Below, piece after piece: positions 28,211 to 39,693 of a stretch of DNA of 64,000 nucleotides (position 1 is the first letter of the stretch; each line of letters opens with the position of its first letter). This DNA is from Lingula anatina (lineage: Eukaryota > Animalia > Brachiopoda): NCBI GenBank assembly GCA_051362555.1, contig CM120645.1, positions 4,402,001 to 4,466,000 on the forward strand, in the 5' to 3' direction. A program made the position numbers and the translations under genes. The notes below the pieces were generated by a model. The model worked only from the letters and a program-made list of their open reading frames with translations, had not been told where the DNA came from and searched no databases.

Positions 28211-30379
28211 AAATCTTTCTCAAATTTTAAATTCTTTGAAAAATAAGGTATGTTACGCAAGCCCTCAGCAGGCTGAATGCACATACTAGTATTATTAATG
28301 CCAGGAGGTGGAATATTGCTAGAAAACCAATAGAATTTATCAGAAATTAAAGTGAGTCCAGAAAAAGTTTCAAGCTTAAATAATGCATGATCTTTAGAGA
28401 AAATGTCCCTTGCATCAAAGGCAGAATGCCCACTGTTATATGAACTCCGTATTATATGATCGGTCCTGTGATCATGATAATGAAAACTAAATAATGTTGT
28501 TACTGTTTTATCGTGGTATGTAACTAGACGTTTACTGATTTTTCCTGTTGCCTGATATATATACCTGTATATATAGATGTTTAGCCTGCATGTGTGGTAG
28601 ATGTGTAGCTGTTAATTATCATTATCCTCTTTCTTTGCAACTGTGTGTGTAGTGATATTTATTATTTTTTTTACCATTTATTTGTGTTGTTGGACTTTGA
28701 CTGAATGACATACTGATACTTTAAGAAATATAGTGTTAAGAAAAGAGACTTGGTTCAATGTAAGAAAGCTTTTTGTATCTTGTACCCTCTCAAGTAATAT
28801 GGAAAAATATTTTATTTTTTATGTGTATTCACTTTATGGTATCTTCTCTCCAGCTGTTTTCTACTGGTAGAAGCCATGATTGATCAGTTATACACTTATA
28901 AAAATACAATAATGTCATTTATTTTTTTGTGAATGTCTTTTAACTCTGCTTTGAACCTTTAACATTGATATACATTAAGTTAACTTAACCACTGATGCCT
29001 TTATTAATGTCTCAAGCTGCAGAACTTCCTCGATTTATTTAACTTTTTTTCTTAGAAAGGTCTGACATTTTGTTGTCTGTCGTATTGAAGTGTTGTGAAT
29101 GCTTACATTATTTCATATATTTTATTTTTGCAGTGTTGTAATGCATGTTTTAGTAGTTCTTATTTTATTTATTATTTTTGTTAGATGATCATTTTAAATG
29201 CATTTTATTTAACTATATGCACATGTACATGTAGCTTCAGTTTGTCACTGTCATAAAAAAAATTAATTGGATTGTAAAAGAGGACAGATTATTGATTTAT
29301 GCAGCGTGGTGTGCTCTGCAAGTTCTACATAGTACAATGCCATCTTTAACTTGAATACGTGTATGTTCTGAAAGATCTGCGTTGTGTTTTTACCGGTTAA
29401 AAGTTGGATGCATATAGGTTTTAAAAGACTTTTCTATATTTTTTTGCTGGTTTAAATTACGGTAATAACTGGATCTTTTCAAGGGTGTGAATTGTGAATT
29501 TTACAGATACTGTGTGATGTTTTTCCTTTATTGTCGTCATTTCTTAAAATTAGAACATTCCTATTGAGTGATAGCAACAAAATTAAAAACCAGTCGATGC
29601 TATAGTTGTGTTTTATGCAGTAAAAGCACAACAAATGCTGTAAAAATATAATTTTGTGATTATTAAAGTATGTATCTGAAAGTTTCATTATTTTTGCCCA
29701 TTGAAAAGATCGAGTCATTACCGTAGGTTTTAAGGGTCCTACATGCTTGCTGGATTTAATTAACTTGGGGCATGGAGATTTTGAAAGTTCTGCATTGTGT
29801 TTAGCCGGGTTAAATTGCCATGGGAAAATGTACATGTAGGTCTTGAAAGTCCTTGGGTACATGCAGGTTTTGAAAGTTTTACAATGCGTTTTGCGGTGCA
29901 GGCGCATTGATGTATGGGTTTGAGTTGAATAAAGTCTTGGAAATGCAACATTAGTCTCCTTGTCTTTTTTAAGTAAATATAAGCAGCAAATGGTCATATT
30001 TCTCACCGTTGCCAGTATTTGGAAGAAGGAATTATTTTAAAAAAGGATAATAAATGTAAAAAAAGAAAGGCACGGACTACTGTATCAATAGAACCTGTGG
30101 CCTGTAATCGGCTGTCTAATATTGTTAGCAATTCACATTATTTGCTCAGTAATAGCAGGGAATTATATCTGATATAATTCCCTGGTTACAGTAATCTGCT
30201 GTATTTACTGTATCATCTCAAGAGCCTATTTGATGGTAGTTTGTTTCTCTTAACAAATAAATATCGACCCGTAAGAGTAATTGCAACGCGAATTATTCTG
30301 ATTACACTACTTTATTTTTACTAATAATGACGAGACCTGGTACAGAAGCAGCGTCAGCTCAGTTGTCAAGGTGGGGAGA

Positions 30380-30990
30380 TATCGGCCCTTTCTGAATGTA
30401 GACCACACTCAAGAAATGGTTGTTGACTTTGGAAAGGAAAAAATTGTGAAAGAGCCAGTCTACATGTACGCAAGTGGCACTGCAATAAAGCAACTAACCA
30501 GTTTTAAACTGCTGGAGTTGTATTCATCAGCTTACTGACACGGAAAAATCACATACAGTCTCAAAAAAAAAAAAAAAAAAAAAAAAGATAAAAACAAGAC
30601 AAAGGGCATACTTTTTTCAAGAAAGTTGAATGATTTTACTTCTAATGGAATTATATTATCGAATTTTCACAGGTGCATAAATGTGATTTTATTTACATTC
30701 GTGGTATGAATGTGCCACTGAAGAAGATTGCAAGTGTGTAGTTGTGACAACTACGTGTAGTAAAATCACTGGTCTTGATCACCCCTCTTTTAGTGTCATT
30801 TACGTTGGCATTTACATGGATAGAAAAGAAGCAAAACAGGAAAAAATCTTGTCCTACTGTACCCACCCTGCACATGGTTCTTTTTAAAAAAAATTTTAAA
30901 ATTAAAATTGATTAACTGTAGACTTTTTACTTTCAAAGGACCCAAAGGTTTTAAAAGATTTTTTATCCATTTGCTGTCTCTAATTGTAAC
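30380..30990 (+). mobile_element. Degenerate Rex1/Babar-type LINE remnant (unit 1)
   Basis: Broken translation LNV..TQEMVVDFGK plus WY..K.TGLD segments resemble the RT C-terminal region of Rex1/Babar. 30700-30990 is homologous to 45400-45800 and 55160-55570. Confidence 0.55.
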
Positions 30991-31424
30991 AAATGGTATT
31001 AATAATGTAACAAATTATTAATCGTAATGTGTAATTACATGTATGTTACCTGAAGAAGACCGACTGGTTTACGGATTAATATTGTGAAAGTATAAATATA
31101 TATACTTGTCTTATTAGTCTGGCATATGCACTTATTTGTTCAGCTGTACATAAGAAGTATTTACTATCACATTACATGGTACTCAATGGCTCGCTCTCAC
31201 TATAGTACTGAATAAACCATTTGCACCATTAGTAGGTTTTGGTGTCGGTTAGTAGTAGTAGTAGTTATTATCATCACTGTATGCGTATGATTACATAATA
31301 AATATCTATCGAGCAGAACATTACATACAGGGATAAATGATCAATAAAGGCATTACAAGTATAATATGTAGCGCAATACACTACCATGACAAAAACTTAT
31401 AGTTCGGTACACCGTTTTTAAAAG

Positions 31425-34400
31425 CTACGTTTCTGATATTTTCAAGACCTTGTATACATATGAAACGACTAAGTGCAAATTGTTCTTTGAAAATAGATCC
31501 CCTAAGGACGTATATACCAGTTCAGGGTAGGCTGAACGCATCGCTGATGTGAGCTCGCATTTGCTTATAACATGTAGCTCTGTTTGCATTTCACCACACT
31601 TGCAGACACGTTCGTTCCTCTCTTTACGACACCAACGACCCGTTTCGATTGCCAATCTATGAGAACTTAACCTAAACCTAGTAGTAGCCATGCGTAGATA
31701 TTCCGGGATATCGAAGCGGTTTGCGTACATATCCCACACTTCCAGATCGGGGTTCATTTCTAAATAAGTCGTTGCTTTTGTTTGATTCGAATTTTTAAGT
31801 TGATCTTTTAGGTTCTCAATGTCCAAGTAAATATGATCGGATGTTGCCAACACTTTCTGATAGTACGTTGACGCTTTTGTCTTAGCCTCTGCACAAGTTT
31901 TCCACATGAATATGAAAGGGTCGTCCTCCATGTCTTTGCGTTCTTGCAACAATTTCTCCAGAAAATTACGTTGAGCGTCCATTACGCGTGCCTTTAGTGT
32001 GGGCAAGCCCAATTCGAGGAGACAGGTGTCGTTTCTCGTTGATGCCCGTACACCTAATAACGCTTTTACACTGTTCATGTACATGGGGTTTGCCGTATCT
32101 ATACTGTTTCCTATCCATGACTCGCATGCGTAAAGAATGGATGCAAACAATGCGGCGTCGAGCACCTTCCTCTTTATGCTGAAGGGGAAATCAACGTTCT
32201 TTGTAACAAATGCTGTATATTTCATAATATGACACTGCTTCATGTCCATTTGTTCCCTTACTGCTGTATCACTTTTTCCATCTTGAGTGAACATTGCTCC
32301 GAGATAACAATACTTGTCACAGGTCTTAATTGTTAGACCTTCCACTTCGAGGTCCTCCTTATCTTCAACGGTACCGTTTATAACCATTATATTGGTTTTG
32401 CTCTGATTCATCTCCATCCCTGACTGGGCACAGAATTGTTTTAGTATTTTTACTTTTTCTATGCATGCTTTTCGGGACGTTGCTAAGATAACAGTGTCAT
32501 CCATTAACAATAAACAGTGCAACCACTTAAGAAAACCGTCATCTTGGCACTTTCTTAACTCCCTCACTAGGTCATTGATATACAGAGTGAATAAAAAGCA
32601 GCTCGTTGGAGATCCTTGCCGCACACCTAACGAAGCTGATATATTGGCTGCACCCAGAGCCATGCTAGTGTTACTATAGATTGCGGCTAATATTTTTACC
32701 ATAGAGTATCCACAACCGTAGCGGATCAAATTGCGGATGAGCGCCCCACGTGGGACTTTGTCGTATGCTTTAACAAAATCCACATAAACTATATACAGTT
32801 TTTCTTTTTTGGACATAGCATAATCAATAGCCAAGCGTAGAGTTACTATATGTTCTAGGCACCCTCTTCCCTTCTGAGAGCCCGCCTGCTCTCTTTCGGG
32901 TTTAAACCATCTTTCTAAACGTTTGCATAGTATAACATCAAACAGTTTAGAAAATATGTCCATAACTGCAATGCCCCTGTAATTTCCAGTGTCCGTTCTA
33001 GGTCCTTTCTTATATAGTATAACTAAGCGGGACAACGCCCATTTCGCTGGGATCAATGTGGTGCTCAAAATCATAGAAAATGTAAGTACTAGAAAAGTTA
33101 TCCACCGCTGTGGCAAGGTCTTAAGTATTCCGGGGGGGATGCCGGAGGGTCCTCCACTTTTATTCGGTTGAACTGCTTTAATGGCGTCCCGTACCTCATT
33201 CTCAGTAATTAGGTCATCAGTCATTGGTATGTAAGGGCATTCCCCTGGGAGCGGCGTGAAAACGGGGTCAGCGTCGTTAGGTGAAAGCAGCTTTTCAAAA
33301 TGCTCCTTGAAGTCCTCGTCCGTCGGTCGCTTTTTTGCTGCGTCGCTTAATTCTAGTGTCCCACTCCAACCGATCGCCTGCCATATCTTGCGATGATCAT
33401 TCATGCTGTGAAGCGCTTCCCAGCGGTTTGTTGTTGGTCGTTTTTGCTCATTTTGGTTTGATTGGTGAATCTTTGCACGATCTAGACTTGATCTCATAAT
33501 GCGGTCAGTTTCGTAGAAAACCTGGTCCAAGTTATCATATGAACGTAGATTCGGCGGTTCGGCGTTTCCCAGAATCTCCTTAAATAAGGTAGAATCAATA
33601 TCAGTCCATTTAACTTGCCGATTACTACATGATGATGGATGTGTGTCCCTTGTCGGTGTATGATCATCTAGCTGTGATACGCAGTACAGTAGAGAGTTCA
33701 GGATGTCTGCGGTTGATGAGAGCTTTTCCTTAAAAAAAGTAATGCCTACTGGGGCGTGGTTCGATGGTAAATCCACGCTGTCATGAATTATCATGTTAGA
33801 TGTTGCGGCTACGAGGTGCGGGGAGACAAAGCAATGGTCCAATTCTGAGACCCATCGATCCCTTTGTCTAAATGTTAGTTTTAGTGGTAATTGCACGTTG
33901 TTAAAACATAAACCGTTTAGTAATACTAACGGTTTTACAATCCCGGTTACAAGTCGTGCATTTTCGTTAGGAATCCTTAATTTATCAGGCGATTCACTAT
34001 ACCGAACATCAGGAAACATTCCCTTTATGGAGTCTACAAATCTTTCTCTCAAATAAGAAAATCGACAGTTTGTGTCTCCCTCTATTATAAAAGTATGGTT
34101 AGGTCTATTCATGAGGAGTGCACTCAAATCAGCTAACACCTCCATTGAAAAGTATGGTGAACTCTTTGGTGCAACATAAATAGCCACAAATATTACTTGT
34201 GGGTGTTCCTTAAGTCTGAAATAAATATAGTCGTCTTTACCACACACAAGTTCAATTATAGATCTGTTTAACCAATCTTTTATGAGAACACCGCAACCTC
34301 CTCGGTTTGCGTTTTCATTTTTACTCATATAAGTATGGTATCCTGGTAAGGAGAACTCAACATTTGACTTAATTTCATTTAAACAAATTATATCGTATAA

Positions 34401-34514
34401 ACTTAAAAGTTCTTGCACCTTTTTGTTTTCTAGTTTATTTTTTACAGATTTTATATTCCATGTAACTATAGTCAACTTTCTGTTCTGCTCGCTTATACAA
34501 AATTTGCACTCCAA
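31425..34514 (-). CDS. LINE ORF2: AP endonuclease + reverse transcriptase + C-terminal zinc-binding motif
   Basis: 1029 codons. APE motifs TWNIKS, CLNEIK, GDTN, ELDH and SNH. RT motifs NYRGIA, VDFVKAYDKV, GVRQGSPTS and LMDD. The annotated start codon is TTG, not ATG. Confidence 0.93.
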   Translation of the reverse strand: MECKFCISEQNRKLTIVTWNIKSVKNKLENKKVQELLSLYDIICLNEIKSNVEFSLPGYHTYMSKNENANRGGCGVLIKDWLNRSIIELVCGKDDYIYFRLKEHPQVIFVAIYVAPKSSPYFSMEVLADLSALLMNRPNHTFIIEGDTNCRFSYLRERFVDSIKGMFPDVRYSESPDKLRIPNENARLVTGIVKPLVLLNGLCFNNVQLPLKLTFRQRDRWVSELDHCFVSPHLVAATSNMIIHDSVDLPSNHAPVGITFFKEKLSSTADILNSLLYCVSQLDDHTPTRDTHPSSCSNRQVKWTDIDSTLFKEILGNAEPPNLRSYDNLDQVFYETDRIMRSSLDRAKIHQSNQNEQKRPTTNRWEALHSMNDHRKIWQAIGWSGTLELSDAAKKRPTDEDFKEHFEKLLSPNDADPVFTPLPGECPYIPMTDDLITENEVRDAIKAVQPNKSGGPSGIPPGILKTLPQRWITFLVLTFSMILSTTLIPAKWALSRLVILYKKGPRTDTGNYRGIAVMDIFSKLFDVILCKRLERWFKPEREQAGSQKGRGCLEHIVTLRLAIDYAMSKKEKLYIVYVDFVKAYDKVPRGALIRNLIRYGCGYSMVKILAAIYSNTSMALGAANISASLGVRQGSPTSCFLFTLYINDLVRELRKCQDDGFLKWLHCLLLMDDTVILATSRKACIEKVKILKQFCAQSGMEMNQSKTNIMVINGTVEDKEDLEVEGLTIKTCDKYCYLGAMFTQDGKSDTAVREQMDMKQCHIMKYTAFVTKNVDFPFSIKRKVLDAALFASILYACESWIGNSIDTANPMYMNSVKALLGVRASTRNDTCLLELGLPTLKARVMDAQRNFLEKLLQERKDMEDDPFIFMWKTCAEAKTKASTYYQKVLATSDHIYLDIENLKDQLKNSNQTKATTYLEMNPDLEVWDMYANRFDIPEYLRMATTRFRLSSHRLAIETGRWCRKERNERVCKCGEMQTELHVISKCELTSAMRSAYPELVYTSLGDLFSKNNLHLVVSYVYKVLKISET

Positions 34515-35446
34515 CGGTCGATTACCTCACCATCTTTGGTAATTACTCTTTTCTTTTTATCAAAAAAGATCTCATGGCCCATATTTTCTGGCTTTTGCTT
34601 TTCTGTGTCCAGTGCCCTGAACATGCGTCCCCACTCAGCTCTTATTGCTGGGTGTTGGTCACGTTTTATCCTCAGTGTGTCGTTAACATGCGGGATCTGA
34701 AGCTCTCCCTGCCCGCCGTTCCTTTGTGCCAATTTTTGGAGGATGTCCCTCCTCAGGGATTCGCTGCCGAGCGTTACCAGAATCGGGCGGGGTGTGCCAT
34801 CCTGCCTTGGCTGACCCAAGCGTTTGCAAACAGGTTTATTTGCAAGTTGAGTGGCGGTGATCGCTTCTAAAACATATTTAACTTTTTCCGCATCCCCAAC
34901 TACATCTCCATAATTCTCATTTTCCGACATACCGATCACAATGAGATTCTTTTCTCTTTGCTTTGAGTCAAGTTTTTCTAAATATAATTGCTGGCCACTT
35001 ATTATGTCGGTGACTTTATCAAGTGTGTTGTTTATTTTGATCACCTCTGCTTTCATCCTATTTTGCTCTTCTTTTTGCACGTTTATTTCCGTTAGGATTT
35101 CTGCAAATTGCATTTTCATTCCTTTCATTTCTTCTTCTAAGTGGTTTAGTTTTAAGTCAAATGATTTTCTCATCTGATCTTGGTTGTCCTTTAAATCTTT
35201 TACAGCTTTTAATAAAGTGTCCATTTTTTTAAACAGCGCTTGGTTAGGGGTTTCGGATACGCTAAAAACTGGAGGGTTATCGTGGGTTTTTGAATCGTGT
35301 AGGACACTGTTTGCTTCCTGGAGTATCTCACTAGTCGCCTTCATATTTTCCTTTGGGCTTTCGACCTGGCACTCTTTCTTTGCGTGGTTTTCATTTACAC
35401 TTTCCGTGCTTCCTCTGCTTCTCTTTTTCCTATTTGTTTTGGGCAT
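34493..35446 (-). CDS. LINE ORF1 (basic N-terminus, coiled coil, RRM-like NLIVIGMSE..RLG..PRPILV region)
   Basis: First ATG at 35446 (MPKTNRKKR). A heptad-rich middle is followed by REKNLIVIGMSE and RLG..PRPILVTL motifs typical of LINE ORF1 proteins. It lies directly upstream of ORF2 and overlaps it. Confidence 0.88.
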   Translation of the reverse strand: MPKTNRKKRSRGSTESVNENHAKKECQVESPKENMKATSEILQEANSVLHDSKTHDNPPVFSVSETPNQALFKKMDTLLKAVKDLKDNQDQMRKSFDLKLNHLEEEMKGMKMQFAEILTEINVQKEEQNRMKAEVIKINNTLDKVTDIISGQQLYLEKLDSKQREKNLIVIGMSENENYGDVVGDAEKVKYVLEAITATQLANKPVCKRLGQPRQDGTPRPILVTLGSESLRRDILQKLAQRNGGQGELQIPHVNDTLRIKRDQHPAIRAEWGRMFRALDTEKQKPENMGHEIFFDKKKRVITKDGEVIDRWSANFV

Positions 35447-36051
35447 TTGCAAATAATAAACCACCAGAAGTTAGTAGCTTATAATGTTATGCGGTAAATA
35501 CATACAATGTCTTGAACACTTTTTTGGTTGATATTGTTCCCGTTTTGGTTGACGACGATGATTACTACAACACCCGCTCTCTGTGCTACCTGGCGTTTGC
35601 CCCTCATTATTTCTGTAATTGCTATGGGTTATATGCAACAATTGCTGTCACCAAAATGCATGGTAAAAGTGAGTAGATGTTGACCTATATCTGCCGTTAT
35701 CTTACCAAGTCCGAATATATATACGAATTTGTTTTCCAAATATCTCGTCGGCAATACTTCGAATAGTCACGCCGAAAACTGTGAACCGACCCCGACCAAC
35801 TTACGAAGGTGTCTCCCACAAATCAATAGCCTGCATTGTCTTGAAGTTGCCAAAATAGCATCAAATTCCGAGAGCAACATACATACGTCTCCTCGTCTCC
35901 TCCTCCACTAACATACATGTTACATGTTACAATTTACCTTCTACATTATCAGCAACTATATTGTGATCTTAAACTTTATACATTTTATCCAGATAGCCAG
36001 ATTTTCCATTGTGCAGGGCTATGTGAAATTTTAATAAGTAAATTAATGGCT

Positions 36052-36089
<38 letters not shown>

Positions 36090-36450
36090 CTTGGAATCCC
36101 ACAGGATCCTATAGGGAGTGTTTGCAAGGGAAGAGTTTGGCACACAATACACACCGATAAATATCTTTATGTCTTTTGGATACCATACTCGAAAGAATCA
36201 ATAAAGGACAAACACAAATATGATGTTCGAAATTTGGCGGCCGCTTTTACTGTAAGGTCCCTCTAATAAAAGAAAGTATTTAAATAAATGGATAACATTG
36301 AATAATGTTAAGTAATAATGTTTGCTTAATGTTTAGAGCTGATTATTGCACTTATATTATTTTCAAAGAAATAATGCACATATGTCAATTTGTGTGGCAA
36401 ACCCATCAAACCCAGATATTACCAGTATCAATTAAAATCGTTATAAATTG

Positions 36451-38642
36451 TTATCTGTTAAAGAACCACCAAGATCCACAGTTCGTACAAGTATTATATT
36501 CCTTCCAACATTCGTACTTCCAAACACCATAAGTAGGGATGCAATATTGTGACTCACAAATTCTATTACTGCAGGGGTTGCGTTTCTCGCGATCATGATC
36601 ACCATCTATAATATAATATAATATAATATAATATAATATAATATAATATAATATAATATAATATAATATAATATGAAAAATCAAGTTAAAAATAGTTACA
36701 CTGCGCTGACATAGCTGTACGTTTCGCAAATAATGATGATTAATGGTCAGAGATTGATTTTGTGCGTACCTTCTGGGTATTGCGTGTTGGCGCCATCTAT
36801 ATGTACAGTATTGTTGTCCATCTGAGTGAGCCAGTATGCATCAAGATCCCTGCAGAATTCTTGAATGCTGGGACTAAGGATTGTTTTGTTCTTGATCTGG
36901 GAGGCGCTAACAAAGAAGGTCAGCTGGTCATCATCATTGTGATCTTCTACATCTGACATATTTTCTGCAATTTTCTAAAAGCCAAGTGTTTAAAGTAATT
37001 ATGTTATGTGACATAGATAAAATGTTATGTCATGTCACCATAAAGTTTTGTTATTATAAGCTGTTCGCACCTTATATATGTTTTTATCTAATTTTAAAAT
37101 ATTTTTCTATATCTTAAACACCACTTAATTGAACACGTTTGTAAGTTGTTCAGAAATGTTTAATTAATATGAATAAATATCAAGTAAATCATACCTCGTG
37201 AATGTCGTCAGATGTGTTCATTGGAGTAAAAAAACAAACATACGTGTTGTTTATTTTCAGCTGGTAAATAATCAGACTCTGAAATGAATCCAACAAAGCA
37301 ATGCATGCATCTATAGTATCTTTGTGCTGAGTTAAAACAAAATCCCCTCTAAAATATCAATTTCGTCAAAAAAGTTGTCCCACATTTAGGTGCATGTGAT
37401 TATATTTACAAATTATCACCGCACAGGTGTAAACTGTTAAAACTGTGATCATGTATGCTCTCTTGTTGAAGCCTTAAGTTAACCGCAGAGACACCTCTTG
37501 CAGATGAAGGGTGATAAATTTATTTCAGATTTAAGGAGTTCATGTTACAGATTGAGAATGATGGTTTAAAATTTGGATGTCTCGCTTGTATTTTGTATCT
37601 TGTATCATTAGTCATGTTAGATGTGGTGTCTCGAACAAAAGCACTTTAAAACAGTTAACAGCTGTGGGGTAATTATTTGAAAGCAAAAGCACGTGGAATT
37701 AAAGGTGGGAATGAACACTATAGCAACATGGCTCTTTATACAGCACAATAGTTTATTTAAGCTTTTTCATCACAATCTTTTAAAAGTCGGTTAATTCGGG
37801 TATATATATCGGTACCAACAGTCCAAAGGCCCTAAAATTCGCACCTCTCTGGTCGCCGACCAAGCCCCACAACAATACGCCGCCAAGAGTACATGTAGTT
37901 TAAACAGTAAAGCGCTTGCGGCTAGTATAATTTACAAATTTCATCAACATCTATACGTTAACAGAACGCACTAACAACGTTACTTGGAACAATGTCAGTG
38001 TAAAACGTTAAAATAACATTCTCTTAACGCGTGCTGGTGGTCTAATCAGTTAATATGTGACCCTGTGGGGACATAATCTGTGTTACCTTGGAATGGATTT
38101 TGGTTGCGTTTAGGTATAGTACAAGAAAAATAAGCTTTCTTAATAATTTGTAATAAAATGATTGCTTAATTAAGTTAAAGCTGTTTTTTCTCACCCTTGA
38201 GCTGTTCATGGCAACCTGGAACTGCTCATCCGTGACGTTGTTTATGGTGACACTGTCTTCGACATTGACCTGGACATTCTCATTCTTTCTCTTGACGCCC
38301 TTGTAAAGGTGGTACTTCTGAAAAATGAAACCTTATTACGTCGATTCCGTATTGTAACGTACGTCACTGAAATTGGAAACGTCACAGTGTTGTGAGTTTC
38401 TAATACAACAAACAAATCTCAAAAGAAGTGAAAAAATGTCATTAAAGCAATTGTAGCATTGATAGAAGAAATAAAAAAATATATTATTGTAAATAAGCGT
38501 ACGTACGTGAAGTCAGAATACCCACCTTCCCCACATCCGGTGCTGCTTTTTTAGAGATGGGAACTGCTCCTAATGTTCCAACAAGAGCAACAGCAGCGAT
38601 GACAGTAACAGCAACAATGCTGTAATTCTTGTGCAGGGTCAT
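36451..38642 (-). CDS. Secreted BRICHOS-domain precursor of a 6-Cys peptide, copy 1 (227 aa)
   Basis: Exons 38642-38526 (signal peptide MTLHKNYSIVAVTVIAAVALVGTLG), 38317-38195, 37278-37195 (SLIIYQLKINNTYVCFFTPM), 36974-36770 (ILSPSIQEFCRDLDAYWL), 36605-36451 (DHDREKR|NPCSNRICESQYCIPTYGVWKYECWKEYNTCTNCGSWWFFNR*). All introns are GT-AG with phases 0,0,0,1 and there are no internal stops. BRICHOS was assigned by eye from the two-Cys pattern. Confidence 0.85.
36607..36673. repeat. (ATATA)n pentanucleotide microsatellite at the acceptor of the mature-peptide exon of copy 1
   Basis: About 13 units directly abutting the AG acceptor on the minus strand. Confidence 0.95.
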
Positions 38643-39187
38643 TGTCTGAAATATCAGAAAACAACAAAGAATAAATGTATTTTGTTATATTTAGCTATGT
38701 TGTGGTGTAATGGAAAATAAATAAATGCAACTTTTTTTAAAATATTATTTTATGAAATCCAAGAAAAGTAGTACGAGTATAAATTTGCTTCAAACTGCAA
38801 TTCCTTCTTGCAAATTTGCAGCAATTTTTTGCATATTGCTGCAAATAAGAAGCAATAAATTTCTTCTTTCAAACTCATTGCCGCCTCTGCAAAGTTTGAC
38901 TTTGCAGCAATAAAAATAAATAGAATTGCAGCAAAGTTTTTTTTTCGCTAATTTCGGATTTTAAGGGTTTTGTGTTTATTTTAAAGTCTGGATTAGGTTC
39001 GATTAGCAGATGAGCAGAATACTTAGACATAAAATGGGCCACTGTCAAGCATATAGAACAGTATACCTAGCTGTAAAGGATATGCCGAGGCATTGTCTGG
39101 AACTCAGATATCATAGAAAGGCAAATTGAGAATTTTAACTTTTAACCCATCTACTGGGTAAAATTCTACCAAGCCGGACAGCCGTAA

Positions 39188-39412
39188 TGCCCCTATTTCA
39201 CACAGACCACGAATCCTACGAATCGCCAGGAATTAACAAATTTCAGGATTCGTGGTTGAATCGTAATCAGTTCGTGATTGATCAAGAATTGCAATAACTG
39301 ACTACGAATATATACGAATCTGTTAAGAACTTCACGAACTGATTACGATTCAACCACGAATCCTGAAAGTTGTCAATTCCTGGCGATTCGTGGTCTGTGT
39401 GAAATAGGGGCA
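39188..39412. mobile_element. Foldback MITE with TAA TSD (Tourist/Harbinger-like)
   Basis: Long inverted arms starting TGCCCCTATTTCACACAGACCACGAATC, with TAA on both sides. Empty site gtcgtaagacat in unit 2 at about 52148-52160. Confidence 0.88.
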
Positions 39413-39500
39413 TAAGACATGCTGTCCCATGTTCGAACAGGTCGCCCAAATGACGTACTGAAAGGACTAGACTATGCGCTAGCTGAACGTTTACATGGAG

Positions 39501-39502
<2 letters not shown>

Positions 39503-39563
<61 letters not shown>
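39503..39563. repeat. (AT)n microsatellite
   Basis: Direct reading; expanded only in unit 1. Confidence 0.95.
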
Positions 39564-39566
<3 letters not shown>

Positions 39567-39693
39567 GACACGTCCAGGCATTGTATTGTACTCAGGTATC
39601 TAATACTGTAAGAGAAACCCCGTTGTAATCACCAGTCGGTTGGTTTTTCAGGGGTTTTTTGTTATTGGTTTTCATCAATAAGAACACTGAGAC

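Larger units (their letters stand above)
31250..35600 (-). mobile_element. Apparently full-length two-ORF non-LTR retrotransposon (RTE-group-like, possibly Proto2/RTEX clade)
   Basis: Intact ORF1 and ORF2, a short 3' UTR and a (CTA)n-type tail at about 31250-31265. It is absent from the equivalent position of the other two duplication units. The 5' boundary is approximate and no TSD was identified. The clade is inferred from the C-terminal RLSSHxLxIETGRW..CxC..H..C motif. Confidence 0.9.

Noticed and set aside
29479-30006. 175-aa minus-strand ORF
   Set aside because: It overlaps short internal repeats and has no domain-like features; probably a repeat remnant.
31200-35640. Target-site duplication for the two-ORF LINE
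   Set aside because: No matching direct repeat was found by eye, so the 5' boundary stays approximate.
37840-38065. Conserved intronic block with cccacag acceptor-like and donor-like sites in all three peptide genes
   Set aside because: All three frames stop within 21 nt of the acceptor, and the genes splice in frame without it. A shared in-frame TGA gave no real support for selenocysteine.
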